DNA from: Heterodontus francisci
Lineage: Eukaryota
Length of the DNA: 64,000 nt
Assembly (NCBI RefSeq): GCF_036365525.1
Contig: NC_090382.1
Location: forward strand, 101,800,595-101,864,594
Reading direction: 5' to 3'
In this document: positions 1 through 11,315 of the stretch, piece by piece
Numbering within the stretch: the first letter of the stretch is position 1
Layout: every line of letters begins with the position of its first letter
The notes under the pieces: generated by a model
The model's input: only the letters and a program-made list of their open reading frames with translations
The model's database searches: none
Told to the model about the DNA's origin: nothing
Position numbers and translations under genes: made by a program

Positions 1-461
1 CACCAGACTTGTTCCCGGGATGGCGGGACTGTTATATGAAGAGAGATTGGGGAAAATGGGCCTGTATTCTCTAAAGTTTCGATGAATGAGAAAGAAACCG
101 ACAAAATACTTAAAGGGATAGACAGGGTAGATGCAGCTAAGATGTTTCTCCTGGTTGAGGAGTCTAGAACCAGGGGACACCATTTCAAAATAAGGGGGAA
201 GCCACTTAGGACAGAGATGAGGAGAAATTTCTTTATCAGAGGGTTGTGAATCTTTAGAATTCTGTACCCCAAAGGGCTGTGGAAGCTCAGTCATTGAGTA
301 TGTTTAAGGCAGAAATTGACAGATTTCTAAATACAAGTGATTTAAGGGGATATGGGGATAGTGTGGGAAAAGGCATTGAAGTGGATGATCAGCCATGATC
401 ATATTGAATGGCAGGGCAGGTTCAATGGGCTGAATGGCCCACTCCTGTTCCTCTGTTCCTA
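1..461 (+). mobile_element. CR1 LINE 3' fragment
   Basis: Degenerate end of CR1 ORF2 and the 3' UTR tail (gatcagccatgatcatattgaatggc...ctcctgttcctctgttcct) shared with many copies in this window. Confidence 0.85.
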
Positions 462-989
462 TGTCTCACCAAGGGTTTTTTGGTTCACCTTCAAAAGCAA
501 TCAACAGAAATATCCAGTTCAGGTCACAAGGGAATCTTATTCTTACACCCACTGGCGATGTGATCATTTATTCACATGTCAAGCAGTCAGAGAATACCCC
601 TACATATAAGACACTCAGACCACTTTTGAGAGTTACCAGCTCCACTGTACTCAAGAGAATTTCTCAGGAAACACCCTAATGTTGTAACTATTATGCTGAT
701 ATTTCTCCATTCCAATGTCGACTGGAAAGGAATTTCCTTTATTCGATTGAATGGATTTTATTATTTTTGATTCATAAATGTGAATTGAAATGAATCCATT
801 GAATTCACCTGATTGGTTACATCATTCTTAATGTCCCTATTTTATATTTACACCCATGTTCCAGGGGAAAAAACAAGGACCACATTCTGCAGTAAATCCC
901 ACAGTGGTTTCTGTGCTCACTGTATTTGTGTGTAACAGTTTTATATTAGTTATTATTTAATACCTACTGCAAGGTAGCTCTGGACTTAC

Positions 990-1262
990 CCAGATCCACA
1001 TCAACATTTGTGTTTCCACTGAGAACAATGGAGTCATTTTCATGCACTTCCCATGTATATAAATTCTGATTCTCTGCTCCAACTTGTCTGACTATCAGAT
1101 AGACTGTGTTATTCAGATGGATCTCATCAATATTGTTCCTCCTGTTCTGCTGAGATGAGTCTCTTGGTTTCCAGTGAAGACTGACTGTATCTGAGAGTTT
1201 GGAGATGGTACAGCTGAGGGTGATGTCACTGCCCATTACAGGCCTCTTTGAATTTGTCTCAA
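990..1262 (-). CDS. Gene B Ig exon D6 (D2-type, C2-like; F-strand Cys replaced by Trp)
   Basis: Acceptor ...tttttacag, donor G|gtaagt; 273 nt, phase 1-1; VETNSKRPVMGSDITLSC...SLHWK...NLYTWEV...VDVDL; near-identical to 62131-62403. Confidence 0.93.
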
Positions 1263-1516
1263 CTGTAAAAACAGATAAATGAGCTGTAGTATAGTTGTCC
1301 CTCAGCTTTCTGAACAATTGCATTCGAAATTTTCTTCTTCTACAAACAATCAGACAAATGGTAAGCAGCTGTGCTAAGTGCTGACAATCAGCATTTCCTG
1401 GATAATGTGAATGCTTGGCTGCTTCATCTTCTGCAATTACCTGCTGATGCTTGGCAACATCACCCAAAGACATTGGCCTGGATTTTTATTTACTTGACAT
1501 GCCGAAAGCAAGCGGG

Positions 1517-1770
1517 TAAGAAAACCACGGGGAATCCCAAAGAATCGCAGCAAGTGGTTGAGGTCTGAAATGCACTGCCTGAGAGTGTGGTGGAGGCAGG
1601 TTCAATTGAAGCATTCAAAAGGGAATTGGACTGTTGTCTGAAAAGGAAGAATGCGCAGGTGGGGAGAAGGCAGGGGAATTGAACTGAGTGAATTGCTCTT
1701 TCAGATAGCCGGTGCAGACATGATGGGCTGAATGGCCTCCTCGTGCACGGTAACAATTCTGTAATTCCCA
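1517..1770 (+). mobile_element. CR1 LINE 3' end
   Basis: ctgcctgagagtgtggtggaggcaggttcaattgaagcattcaaaaggg...; same subfamily as 4233-4420 and 21490-21822. Confidence 0.8.
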
Positions 1771-2803
1771 TGCACACTGTGTGGCAGAGATGTATGTGAT
1801 GTCACTGATCTGTTCCCTGCCTGGGAGCCAGCCAGGCTGACAATTTGGCTTCCAGTCAGACAGGGAATTGGTTGGTCGAGGCTATAGGGTCAGTTCAGTC
1901 CCTGTCGGGGGATGTCATTTCAGAGTAGGGGAGTGAGGAAAGCTCAATCCTGGTGGGGGCATGGGGTGGAGGAGGGGATTAATCCCAGAGGGAGAAGGGG
2001 GCTCATTTTGAGGGTGATACCGGAGGGACCCGGGCCTCCCGATCTTCAGACCCAGGGAGTGGCGGGGAGAAGGGAATTGGAGACCGGGGATGGGGGGGCG
2101 GGTGTGTACTTGGATGCCAAGAGGAGGGTGATGTTTGGAGGCCCTTGAGGGCTGGGAGTGGGGGTGGGAGGGGGTTTGGGGGTGTTTGGTGATCGGTGGC
2201 CTAATGAGTGCAAACCCGCTTCCTTGGAGTGTGTCACCCGCCACCTTCTGGTTCAAGTAAAGCTGTAAGTGGGCAGGTTGGAGGTGGTCTTCGATCAGTA
2301 GTCTGAATTTTAAGACTTTAATCCCACCTGACCCCAAACTGCCCGTCATTTTTGGTTAAGAGTCCCCAAAAGAAATATTCACAACACGCAGTTCTACCTC
2401 TCCACCTTTTGAGATTCTCCCATTGCCTTGGCACTAACAAGTCGCTTGCCTAATACCTTTGCAAGAGCGAAGCCATCATCTTCAACCCTTGCCACAAACT
2501 CCAAACTGCTATTATCATCTCCATCACCCTCCATGGCCATTGTCTCAGGAACTTTAGGAGGATGGACAAAAATTTGTGAAAAAATGTGAATGCTATTAAT
2601 TAAACTTACTAACCCTTACTGCATGCACTAACTCTAATGCACTGAGGATTTTACTGACCTGGCTGTTTTGAGTGAGATTCATTCTGGGCTGGGTGATAGA
2701 GCTGAAGGATCATGACATGATCCCAACATTCTGTAGGAATATTCATGGAATTACTCACAGAAAATCATATTATTGAACCCTTTCTAGTCCTTGTCCTACT
2801 TAC

Positions 2804-3148
2804 CTTTGATCCCAAATACTTCAAACTGTTTCAGGATTTTCTTACTGGGCTGTGTCTGAGTCCAGGTGAACAATCCCGCAAGTTCAAAGGTGGGGTTTCT
2901 GATTCTCAGGTTAAGGGTACCCCAGTCCTCACATATCCTCTGAGAAATGCCTGGTATATTATTGTACTCATTGCTCCATTGTACAGCCCATCGCTGATCT
3001 TCACTGTGAAAAGTACCCAATTGATATGTAGTTTGTTTCCCTGAGTGTGGTCTCCATTCCAAGACAATGGGACCATTTCCAGGATTGTCTGGTCCTTTCA
3101 ATACAAAGTTCCCTTCCTGATGGAAAAAATAAATATAATTCGGGAATT
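2804..3148 (-). CDS. Gene B Ig exon D5 (D1-type V-like domain lacking the canonical B- and F-strand cysteines)
   Basis: Acceptor ctttattgcag, donor AAAG|gtaagt; 345 nt, phase 1-1, open; EFPNYIYFFHQEGNFVLKGPDNPG...LEWRPHSG...LAGLFTWTQTQPSKKILKQFEVFGIK; clear paralog of 20947-21285. Confidence 0.92.
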
Positions 3149-3251
3149 CTGCAATAAAGGAGAAGATATATTTTAAAATCAGATAGAAATGTCCTCAATT
3201 GGATCTGTGTAATTGTTAATCCTATAAAGAATTTGTTTTCAATAAGTTATT

Positions 3252-3587
3252 GGCCGGAATTTTACATGGATGTCCCGCCCACCAGCTTAAAAGTTGGAGG
3301 CGAGCCGGCCTCGGCCGAGCCAGGAAGCCACGCAGCAATTGTGTGTGAAACAGGCCCTTAACTGGCCTTGCGCGCGACTTCCGCCCCTCTGAGGCAGGAA
3401 GTCCTACTTCCAAGAGCGGTCGGCCAATCAGCTGTCGGCATCCCAGCTGCTGGTAAAATGGCAGCGGGGATGGGTAGCCGAAGGGAACGCCACTCACCGC
3501 TTCCCAACTCAATTTCACGCCCCGCCCCTGCCACCCCCTCCCCCACCATATTCAGACCTCTCCCAGAAGTGGTGTAAAATGCCGGCC
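3252..3587. mobile_element. Non-autonomous DNA transposon (Harbinger-like MITE)
   Basis: TIRs ggccggaattttaca / tgtaaaatgccggcc (1 mismatch), flanked by a 3-bp ATT duplication (3249-3251, 3588-3590). Confidence 0.75.
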
Positions 3588-4232
3588 ATTAGTTATAGTG
3601 CATTTTCAAATTGACACAGCACAGGAACACTCGAGTAAGGAGTTATATAGAAGAAAGTCACTTTCCTATAATATGATAACTTATTATAATGGATTATTGT
3701 TTCTCATATTTTATTGGAATGAAAGGTTTAACTATATATATAATGCTCTTTTAATGAAGAAACTGTTCTAAAACTTGTTACAAAAAGGGGAGTAAAAGGA
3801 TTAAAAGACAATAAGAAATTATGTGAAACTTTGGAGATGTAACTGGACATTCAAAAAAAAATGGCTTGGATGAAGGCTTTTAAAGGAACAAGGAGAAATG
3901 GAAATGTACTGAGACAATTCCAGATGGTGGATGAAAGCTGATGAGCAATGGTTGTCAAGGGGGCCATGGGAAATGGAGAGCTGGGTGTCCTCAACATACA
4001 GAGGGATGATGATCCTGTGCCTACACATGATATCACCAAGTTTGATAAGGAAAAGGAGGAAATTTTATATTTGGAAGCAACCAGCTGCCTTTATCAATCT
4101 GGGTTTTTTTGCACTTCCACATGTATATAGCCTGCTTATGTAACCAAAGCATAGAAAAGTTCCAGACATTCAGATGGATTTTTTCACCCTGCACATGTAG
4201 GGAGCAAATTCTGGACCATTCTGCGGGAGAAC

Positions 4233-4420
4233 ATGGTGGAGGCAGGTTCAATTGAAGCATTCAAAAGGGAATTGGACAGTTATATGAAAAGGAAGAATGT
4301 GCACAGTTATGGGGAGAAGGCAGGGGATGGGACTGAGGGAATTGCTCTTTCAGAGAGACAGTGCAGACATGATGGGCCGAATGGCCTCCTGTGCTGTAAC
4401 AATTCTGTCATCCTTTGATT
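4233..4420 (+). mobile_element. CR1 LINE 3' end
   Basis: VEAGSIEAFKRELD-type ORF2 C-terminus followed by the CR1 tail. Confidence 0.8.
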
Positions 4421-4827
4421 TCATAATATCACCCAGTTACTAAATCAGACTCATGCTGGACCACTGCAAATACTTGCCATCTTAAAACATGCCTTTCCCA
4501 CAGTCTCCTGTGGGGTGTTTGTTAGAAAATGCAAAGTGTTCATAGACTTTTGTCCAAAAATCAAGGCAGCCTCTGCTTCCTGTTCTTCCCTAATCTTGCA
4601 CACTGCTTACTGATCCTAGGAGTAGATGAGGAAGACCTTTGCTGATCTCACACTTTGGCTCCTTCGACAATCTCTAGTTGCAATGCAAGCTATCAGCACT
4701 TCACTGAAAGCTTGCTGGAGCATCAAGGTGGGAGCCTGCTTAGTGCACTGGCAACTGTTCACCCACTTTCCAAATGCACAGAAATAATGTAAATTCAAGC
4801 ACATTGCCAACACAAGATCTCTGTATT

Positions 4828-5053
4828 TAAAGGTCTGCAAAGGAAACCCGACCAAGCTAGAATGCCGGACCCGTAAGTGCGACCCGACCTGAACCCGACA
4901 CATGTCGTCGGGTCGGTTAGCAGGTCTTTACAGGCCTGGTAAAGGCCTGCTACCCGACCCCGATGGGACCAGATGACATGTGTCGGGTTCAGGTTGGGTC
5001 GCGCTTCCCGGTCTGGCATTCGGGCTCGGTCGGGTTTCCTTTGCAGACCTTTA
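4828..5053. repeat. Fold-back (MITE-like) palindrome, about 226 bp
   Basis: taaaggtctgcaaaggaaacccgacc... pairs with ...ggtcgggtttcctttgcagaccttta; complementary along most of its length. Confidence 0.85.
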
Positions 5054-5281
5054 CCAGGAAGGCATTGTCTCTGTTTATCCCAATTCCTGCATACGTCTCT
5101 TTTATGTCTGCTTACAGAAAACAGCACAAATTTGTACCTGAGGGGGTAACTCCCAACCAGTGCTCACTGGCAGAGCAAATTCATCAATTCCAAACTCTGT
5201 GCTTTTTTTTTTTGGACAGTTAAATGGGAAAAAGCTGTTTCCTTTTCCTATCCATCCTGAAATCAATCAGTCCAAATTCAT

Positions 5282-6080
5282 AGAATCAAAGAATTGTTAC
5301 AGCACAGAAGGAGGCCATTCAGCCTGTCATGTCTGTGCCAGCTCTCTGCAAGAGCAACTCAGCTAGTTGCACTTCACCACCCTTTCCCTGTAGCCCTGTG
5401 AATTTTTTCTTTTCAGCTACTTGTCCAATTACCTTCTGAAAGCCATGATCGAATTTGCCTCCACCACACATTCAGTGCATTCCAGATCCTAACCACTCAC
5501 TGTTTAGAAGAGTAAGAGACAACTTGATTGAAACATATAGATGCAAAACTAATTTGTCTTCTTATTTAAGGAAGGTTGTAAATGTGTTGGAAGCGATTCA
5601 AAGAAGGTTTACTGGATTAACACCTAGAATGGGAGGGTTGTCGTTAGAGGAAAGTTTGGACAAGCTAGGCTTGTATCCACTGGAGTTTAGAACAGTAAGA
5701 GATGACTTGATTGAAACATATAAGATCCTGAAGGGGCTTGACAGGGTGGATGTGGGAGAATCAAGAACTAACAGTCACTGTTTAAAAATAAATCACCATT
5801 TAAGACAGAGATGAGGAGAAATCTTTTCTCTGAGGTTTGTGAGTCTTTGGAACTCTCTCCCTCAAAATGCGGTGGAAGCAGAGTCTTTAAATATTTAAGA
5901 CAGAGGTAGATAGATTCTTGATAAGCAAGGGGGTGATAAGCAAGGGGGTGAAAGGTTATTGCATGTAGGCAGGAATGTGGAGTCGAGATTATAATCAGAT
6001 CAGTCATGATCTTGTTGAATGGTGGAGCTGGCTCACGGGGCCGAGTGGCCTACCCCTGATCCTAATTTATATGTATGTAT
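5282..6080. mobile_element. CR1 LINE fragments (short minus-strand tail followed by a plus-strand 3' fragment)
   Basis: LEAIQRRFT...LGLYPLEFR...DLIETYKILKGLDRVDV in ORF 5455-5814. Confidence 0.85.
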
Positions 6081-6522
6081 GTTCATATGTTTGTATACAA
6101 TATTTGCATCTGGGAAATATTTTTTGCTGTGATCATTTTGGCCATTCCGTCTCAACATTTCTGATTTATTCTTGGTCAGAAAACCAAGGGAAGTGACTCA
6201 ATTTTTCTGTCAAAAGTAAATGCTTGGACTGTTTCTGGGATTTTACCAAAAGTGTAGTTGAAACGTATGGACCAGATTTTAATTTATCCAAAACACATCC
6301 ACTTACATGGAGTTAAAATCGTGCCCATACGGACCAGGAAAGTTCTAAGTTCATTCCCAGGCTATGCTGAGTTATCTCAGGGTAAACTTTCTGATGCTCT
6401 ACACCGCTGTAGAGCTTCACACACAGGATACAAAGGAGGGATTAATTCTGGCAACAAGAACAATAAGTAACAAGAATTTTATTTCGAGATTACACGTATA
6501 AAGAGCAAACACAGGTACTTAC

Positions 6523-6792
6523 CACTGCACTCCAGATAGTACGGGACTAAAACCTGGGGTTTGTTTTGATAAAACACAACACATATCCAGTTCCCTTTGC
6601 CTCTGTCAGCTTTCTGAATAATCAGTCTCAGTGATTTCTCTTCCCCATTCTGTCCATTCAATGTTTTTTCTTCAACAGTTTTGCCATCACTGTTAATCCA
6701 AACAAGTCTCATTGATTCAGTGACATCAGAGACAGAGCAGGTCAGGGTAACAGTGTCTCCCTCAGTCACTGCATCAGGTGGTTCAGCTGTGA
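6523..6792 (-). CDS. Gene B Ig exon D4 (C2-like, WxC F strand)
   Basis: Acceptor tcttgtttccag, donor G|gtaagt; 270 nt, phase 1-1; VTAEPPDAVTEGDTVTLTC...LVWINSDG...GNWICVVFY...YYLECS. Confidence 0.93.
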
Positions 6793-6868
6793 CTGGAAAC
6801 AAGAAAATCATTTAGATTTTAAACAAGAACATGATAATTGAAAACAATGGAAACATTCAGTTTCCTAC

Positions 6869-7219
6869 CTTTAACTGTGATTAATTTAATTGTCACATAT
6901 TTATATAATCCCAGAGAACATGTGTAAACTCCTGCATCTTCAAACAGTACAGGGACAATCCTCACACTGAAGTTCACACCATTAAATGTTGCCATTGTGG
7001 GGACCAGTCGACTCCCAAAGTCAGCCCTGTTTATATTGATGAGCTGATATTTCGATGCAGATGCTATTTCTTTTTCCTGATTTTGAAGATGATATGACTT
7101 CCAGCTCCATGCAGCAGAGTTGTGATCATAATAATAATAATAATAATCATAGCAGATCAGGTAGAGTTCACTGTGATCTGTGCCTGACCGATAAACAGTG
7201 TAACTCTTCGGAGATAAAT
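6869..7219 (-). CDS. Gene B Ig exon D3 (V-set; absent from the ORF track)
   Basis: Acceptor ctcagcaacag, donor AAAG|gtagga; 351 nt, phase 1-1, open; YLSPKSYTVYRSGTDHSELYLICYDYYYYYYDHNSAAWSW...FGSRLV...VLFEDAGVYTCSLG...KLITVK with a canonical DxGxYxC. Confidence 0.93.
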
Positions 7220-7499
7220 CTGTTGCTGAGAGACAGAGAACAATATGTTAGAATTTTACTGCGGCTGAAGTACAGAGAAAAATCAAAGTTATTTGCAGCT
7301 ACAATTAAATGAAGCTATTTTGTGTTTAGATCATCATAACTTCATTTTAATCATGTTTTTGTCAAAGCTGTGAGCTGTTTAAACATTGTAACATGGGTGA
7401 ATTCAATACCCATAAGGCAACAGAAAATTCAAAAAAATTATGCTGTTTTGATTTTTGTGCCCTAAACAACACCACGACATCACAGGATCAATATTTTGA

Positions 7500-8052
7500 G
7501 TTTCAGTCAGTATCACCTCAAGCTGCCATTTCTGTCCTTGTCCTGCTGTAGTGTTCCAGTGAAGCTCAATGCAAGATCGAGGAATAGCACCTCATCTTCT
7601 GATTAGGCACTCTACAGCCTTCTAGACCCAAGATTGAGTTCAACAATTTCAGGGCATGACTGTCTTTTTGTTGTTTTTTTTAAATTTTGTTTCATTTTTT
7701 AACAATGTGTCTGTCTTAAACTTGTTTTTCATGTTTTTGCTTTCAGATAGAACTGTTCGTTATTCTGCCATTTACACTCTCTCTGGAATAATGCTTTGTG
7801 TTTTAGTATAACTATTGCACTCCCTTTGCCTTATGTTCTGTGACATCGCTTGTCTTTTAATTTTCCCTGCCCTCCACCCTATCACATGCCTTCCCTTTTG
7901 TTCTTCTTCCCTCTTTCACTTGCTCAAAGCTTGTTACATTTCTGACTTTTGCCGGTTCTAATGAAAGGTCACAGACATGAAACATTAACTCTGTTTCTCT
8001 CTCCACAGATGCTACCTGACCTGCTGAGTATTTCCAGAACTTTCTGCTTATA
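7500..8052 (+). mobile_element. Penelope-like element 3' remnant
   Basis: gaagctcaatgcaagatcgaggaatagcacctcatctt... ending in acagatgctacctgacctgctgagtatttccag; family assignment by recognition only. Confidence 0.55.
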
Positions 8053-9710
8053 TTCCATGACTTCCTGCTACTGGCAGTTGCATGTCGTGTAGAATTTTGT
8101 GATGGGCCATATAAGGTTTCCCTCAGGCATTCCTTTCACTTAAAATTGCACTTTCAAAATCTGAACTATCGAGCCTTTGGCCGTTCATTCGCTAAAACGT
8201 TTCTGCAGCGACTGATTTGCTCAACTGCACCCTCACCTCCACCTTCGTTCCCAATAAAACCATTACTCTCTCTCTCCTTGGCTGTTCCCCTGGTATGGCC
8301 CTCATCTTTGCTCCCTTAAGTCCAAGGGCATAGACTTGAAAGGAAATGGCAGACTAATTTAGCCATTCAAGGCCAGATCTGATTGGACCACATAGAGCAC
8401 CATCAGATCCTGCTTTCATCTGCAAAACTGCTCACTATTTCAGGGGTCATAGTCTAAGGATACGGGGTAAACCTTTCGGACTGAGATGAGGAGAAATTTC
8501 TTCACCCAGAGAGTGGTGAGCCTGTGGAATTCGCTACCACAGAAAGCAGTTGAGGCCAAAACATTGTATGTTTTCAAGAAGGAGTTATATATAGCTCTTG
8601 GATCTACAGGGATCAAAGGGTATTGGGCAAAAGCGGGAACAGGCTACTGAGTTGGATGATCAGCCATGATCATAATGAATGGCGGAGAAGGCTCGAAGGG
8701 CCGAATGGTCTACTCCTGCTCCTATTTTCTATGTTTCTATATTTCTATCCTGGAATGCAAAGACAACAGCTAGGGCTTATTTTCTCTACTGCAAACTATC
8801 GCTCTCTCCCCGCCTCCTTCATTCTCACCTCCAACAATAAGTGCGAGGAGCTTATTAATTCATTTTGTCACAACAATCCTAACCATCCAATCAACTGCTT
8901 CTGCTGCTTCCTACTCTTCCCAAGCCCATCAGGCCAATCTTCCTCCAAAGCTGGTCCCTGTCCTAACTCTGAACTTGCTCCATTTGGTTAGGCATCCACC
9001 GCCAGATCTCATGTCCTGTTCACATCTGCTAAAAGTGCTCACTGCTCCTGGATTATCCTGAAATGCAGAGATAACCACTGGCTTTTTTTCTCTACTGCAA
9101 ACTGTCTTCATAAACCCCTCTCCCCTGTCTCCTCCACTGTCACCTCCAGCAATAAGTGCCAGGAGCCATATAGACTTCTTTGTCACTAAGATAAAGAACA
9201 TCTGATTAGATGCCTGTGCTGCTTCCCTCGCCTCCTCAAGTTGCCCAGGCCTAGGTTCCTCTCAACTCTCAAGCACCCCACCCCCCTCCCCCCCACCATA
9301 GTCTCGAACGAATATTTCTCTAGTTTTGTTTCCTATCTCCCCTCATGCCTTCTCCAAGATCATCTTGTCCATGAGACATATCTCCTGCTCCTTTGACCCT
9401 ATTCTCACCAAATTGCTGGCCAGCCAACATCCTTCCTGCTCCCCATATTATCTATTGTTAACTGTTCCCTTTCTCCTTGAAACCTGCCATCATCAACCCT
9501 CTCCTCAAAAAGCAACCCTTGACCCCGCTATCCTTCAAACGACCATCACATCTCCAACCCGCCTTTCCTCTCCAAAGTCCTTGAACATGTTGTTGCCTCC
9601 CAAATCCATGCCCATCTTTCCAGGAGTTCCATGTTTAAATCCTTCCAATCAGGTTTATGCCCCTGTCATACTACCAAAACTGTTCTTATCAAAGTCACAA
9701 ATGATGTCCT

Positions 9711-10855
9711 GAAGTGATTTATGACTGTAACCCCTTATAGGGACTAAACCAGTACATCCCTATAAATCTCCTTTAAATAAGTTCAAACCAAAAGATTCTC
9801 AGACACTTATTTGGGTCCAAAGAGTTGTACTAACTTTCCCTCAAAGAATAAAACAAACAGAATATTACCATCTTTCGGATAGCCTATTTTTAATATGATG
9901 GCTAAGTCATAAATATCCCGGATATTATAAAGGTCTGGGAAACTCTCTTCTCTCCATTTAAAGAGACACAGAGAGGGCTTCTTGTAGTTGTATACAGAAT
10001 GCTACATGAGATGATTTATTAACTTTTATAGATTTATTAAAGAATTTAGCATGTATTAAACTTATTAAGTGGATAAGTACATTACAAAATTAGATATTAC
10101 TGAGAGATTTAACACACATTCTTATTTCCAACATAGAATCCAAAAGTTTAACCTTGCTAATGTTACAGCAAAATTATCTTAGAATATCCAGAATATCCAA
10201 CAAAATTTAAAGTAAACTTTTACCTTAAATCCTCCAAGCAAGGCATGGGACAAGAAGTGTTGTTTGAAGATAGAACACCTCTAAAATTTGCTTTCAAAAC
10301 TTCTCATTTTTATACTATTTCTTAAGTGTTATCTGACTTCTGCATTTAGATGTGAGCTTCCTGTGTTCCTTTTAAAATCCACATTTGATGGTATCATGAA
10401 ATAACTCTCCACTTAATGTTTTACTGAAAAACCCTTGTTATTTGAAGTTGTGAGCTTTTATATGGTCAAAATGTTTATAATTGTGTTTACTTGACCTCTT
10501 GTTCCTGTAATTCCATTTTCATTTATTGTTAATTGCCCTTTTTATGGTGCCTTAAAGCAAACTCTGGAGCCGATTTATCTGCATCAACAACCCCATAAAC
10601 TAATTAAGTTTATTGCTACCTCTTACTGAGGTCACACAGGATATTTCAATGTGAGTGTTTATCTTCCAATTCTCTCTCAACAGAAATTCTATTCTAACAG
10701 GAACCTTGAATTATTTAACCCTACCTTCTTAAAGGGGAATATCAGTAAGTTCTAAAAACTGACCTTTTATTCAATCTTTACGTCTAAAAGACATAATACA
10801 CTAGCTATTTCCAAATTCTACTTAATCAAGCCTATTATTCCTATATTCCATCACA
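9711..10855. mobile_element. Probable solo LTR inserted in the L2
   Basis: AT-rich block ending ...ccatcaca that splits a contiguous L2 motif (aaagtcacaaatgatgtcct / atatgactgtgacaaagg); 5' terminus and TSD degenerate. Confidence 0.5.
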
Positions 10856-11315
10856 ATCTTATATGACTGTGACAAAGGTAAACTGTCCCTCCTTGTCCTC
10901 TCGACCTGTCTGCAGTCTTTGATATGGTTGACCACACAATCCTCCTTCAATGTTTGTCCTCTATAATCCAGCTGGTGGGGGGAGGGGAACTGCACTCACC
11001 TGGTTCCATTCTTATCTATCTAATCATAGGCAGATTATCATCTGCATTGGTTTCTCTCTCATTCCCACACCATTACCTCTGGTGTCCCCCAAGGATCTAC
11101 CCTTGGCCACTCCTATTTCTCATCCACATGCTGCCCTCGGTGACATCATCCAAAATGACAGCATTAATTTCCAAATGTACGCTGACAACACCCAGCTCTA
11201 CCTTACCACCACCTCTCTTGATTTCTCCACTGTGGCTAAATTATTCGACTGCTTGTCCGACATCCAGTGCTGAATGAGCAGAAATTTCCTCCAAATAAAC
11301 ATTGGGGAAAACCAT

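Noticed and set aside
4030-4725. A leader or TM exon between D4 and D5 (ATG at about 4723 with a donor-like site at about 4610; short aaccagctg match at about 4080)
   Set aside because: The frames hit stops before any donor and are not hydrophobic.
2804-7219. Rearranging Ig, IgNAR or TCR segments
   Set aside because: The exons end in splice donors rather than heptamer-nonamer RSS, and there are no J or C1-set motifs.
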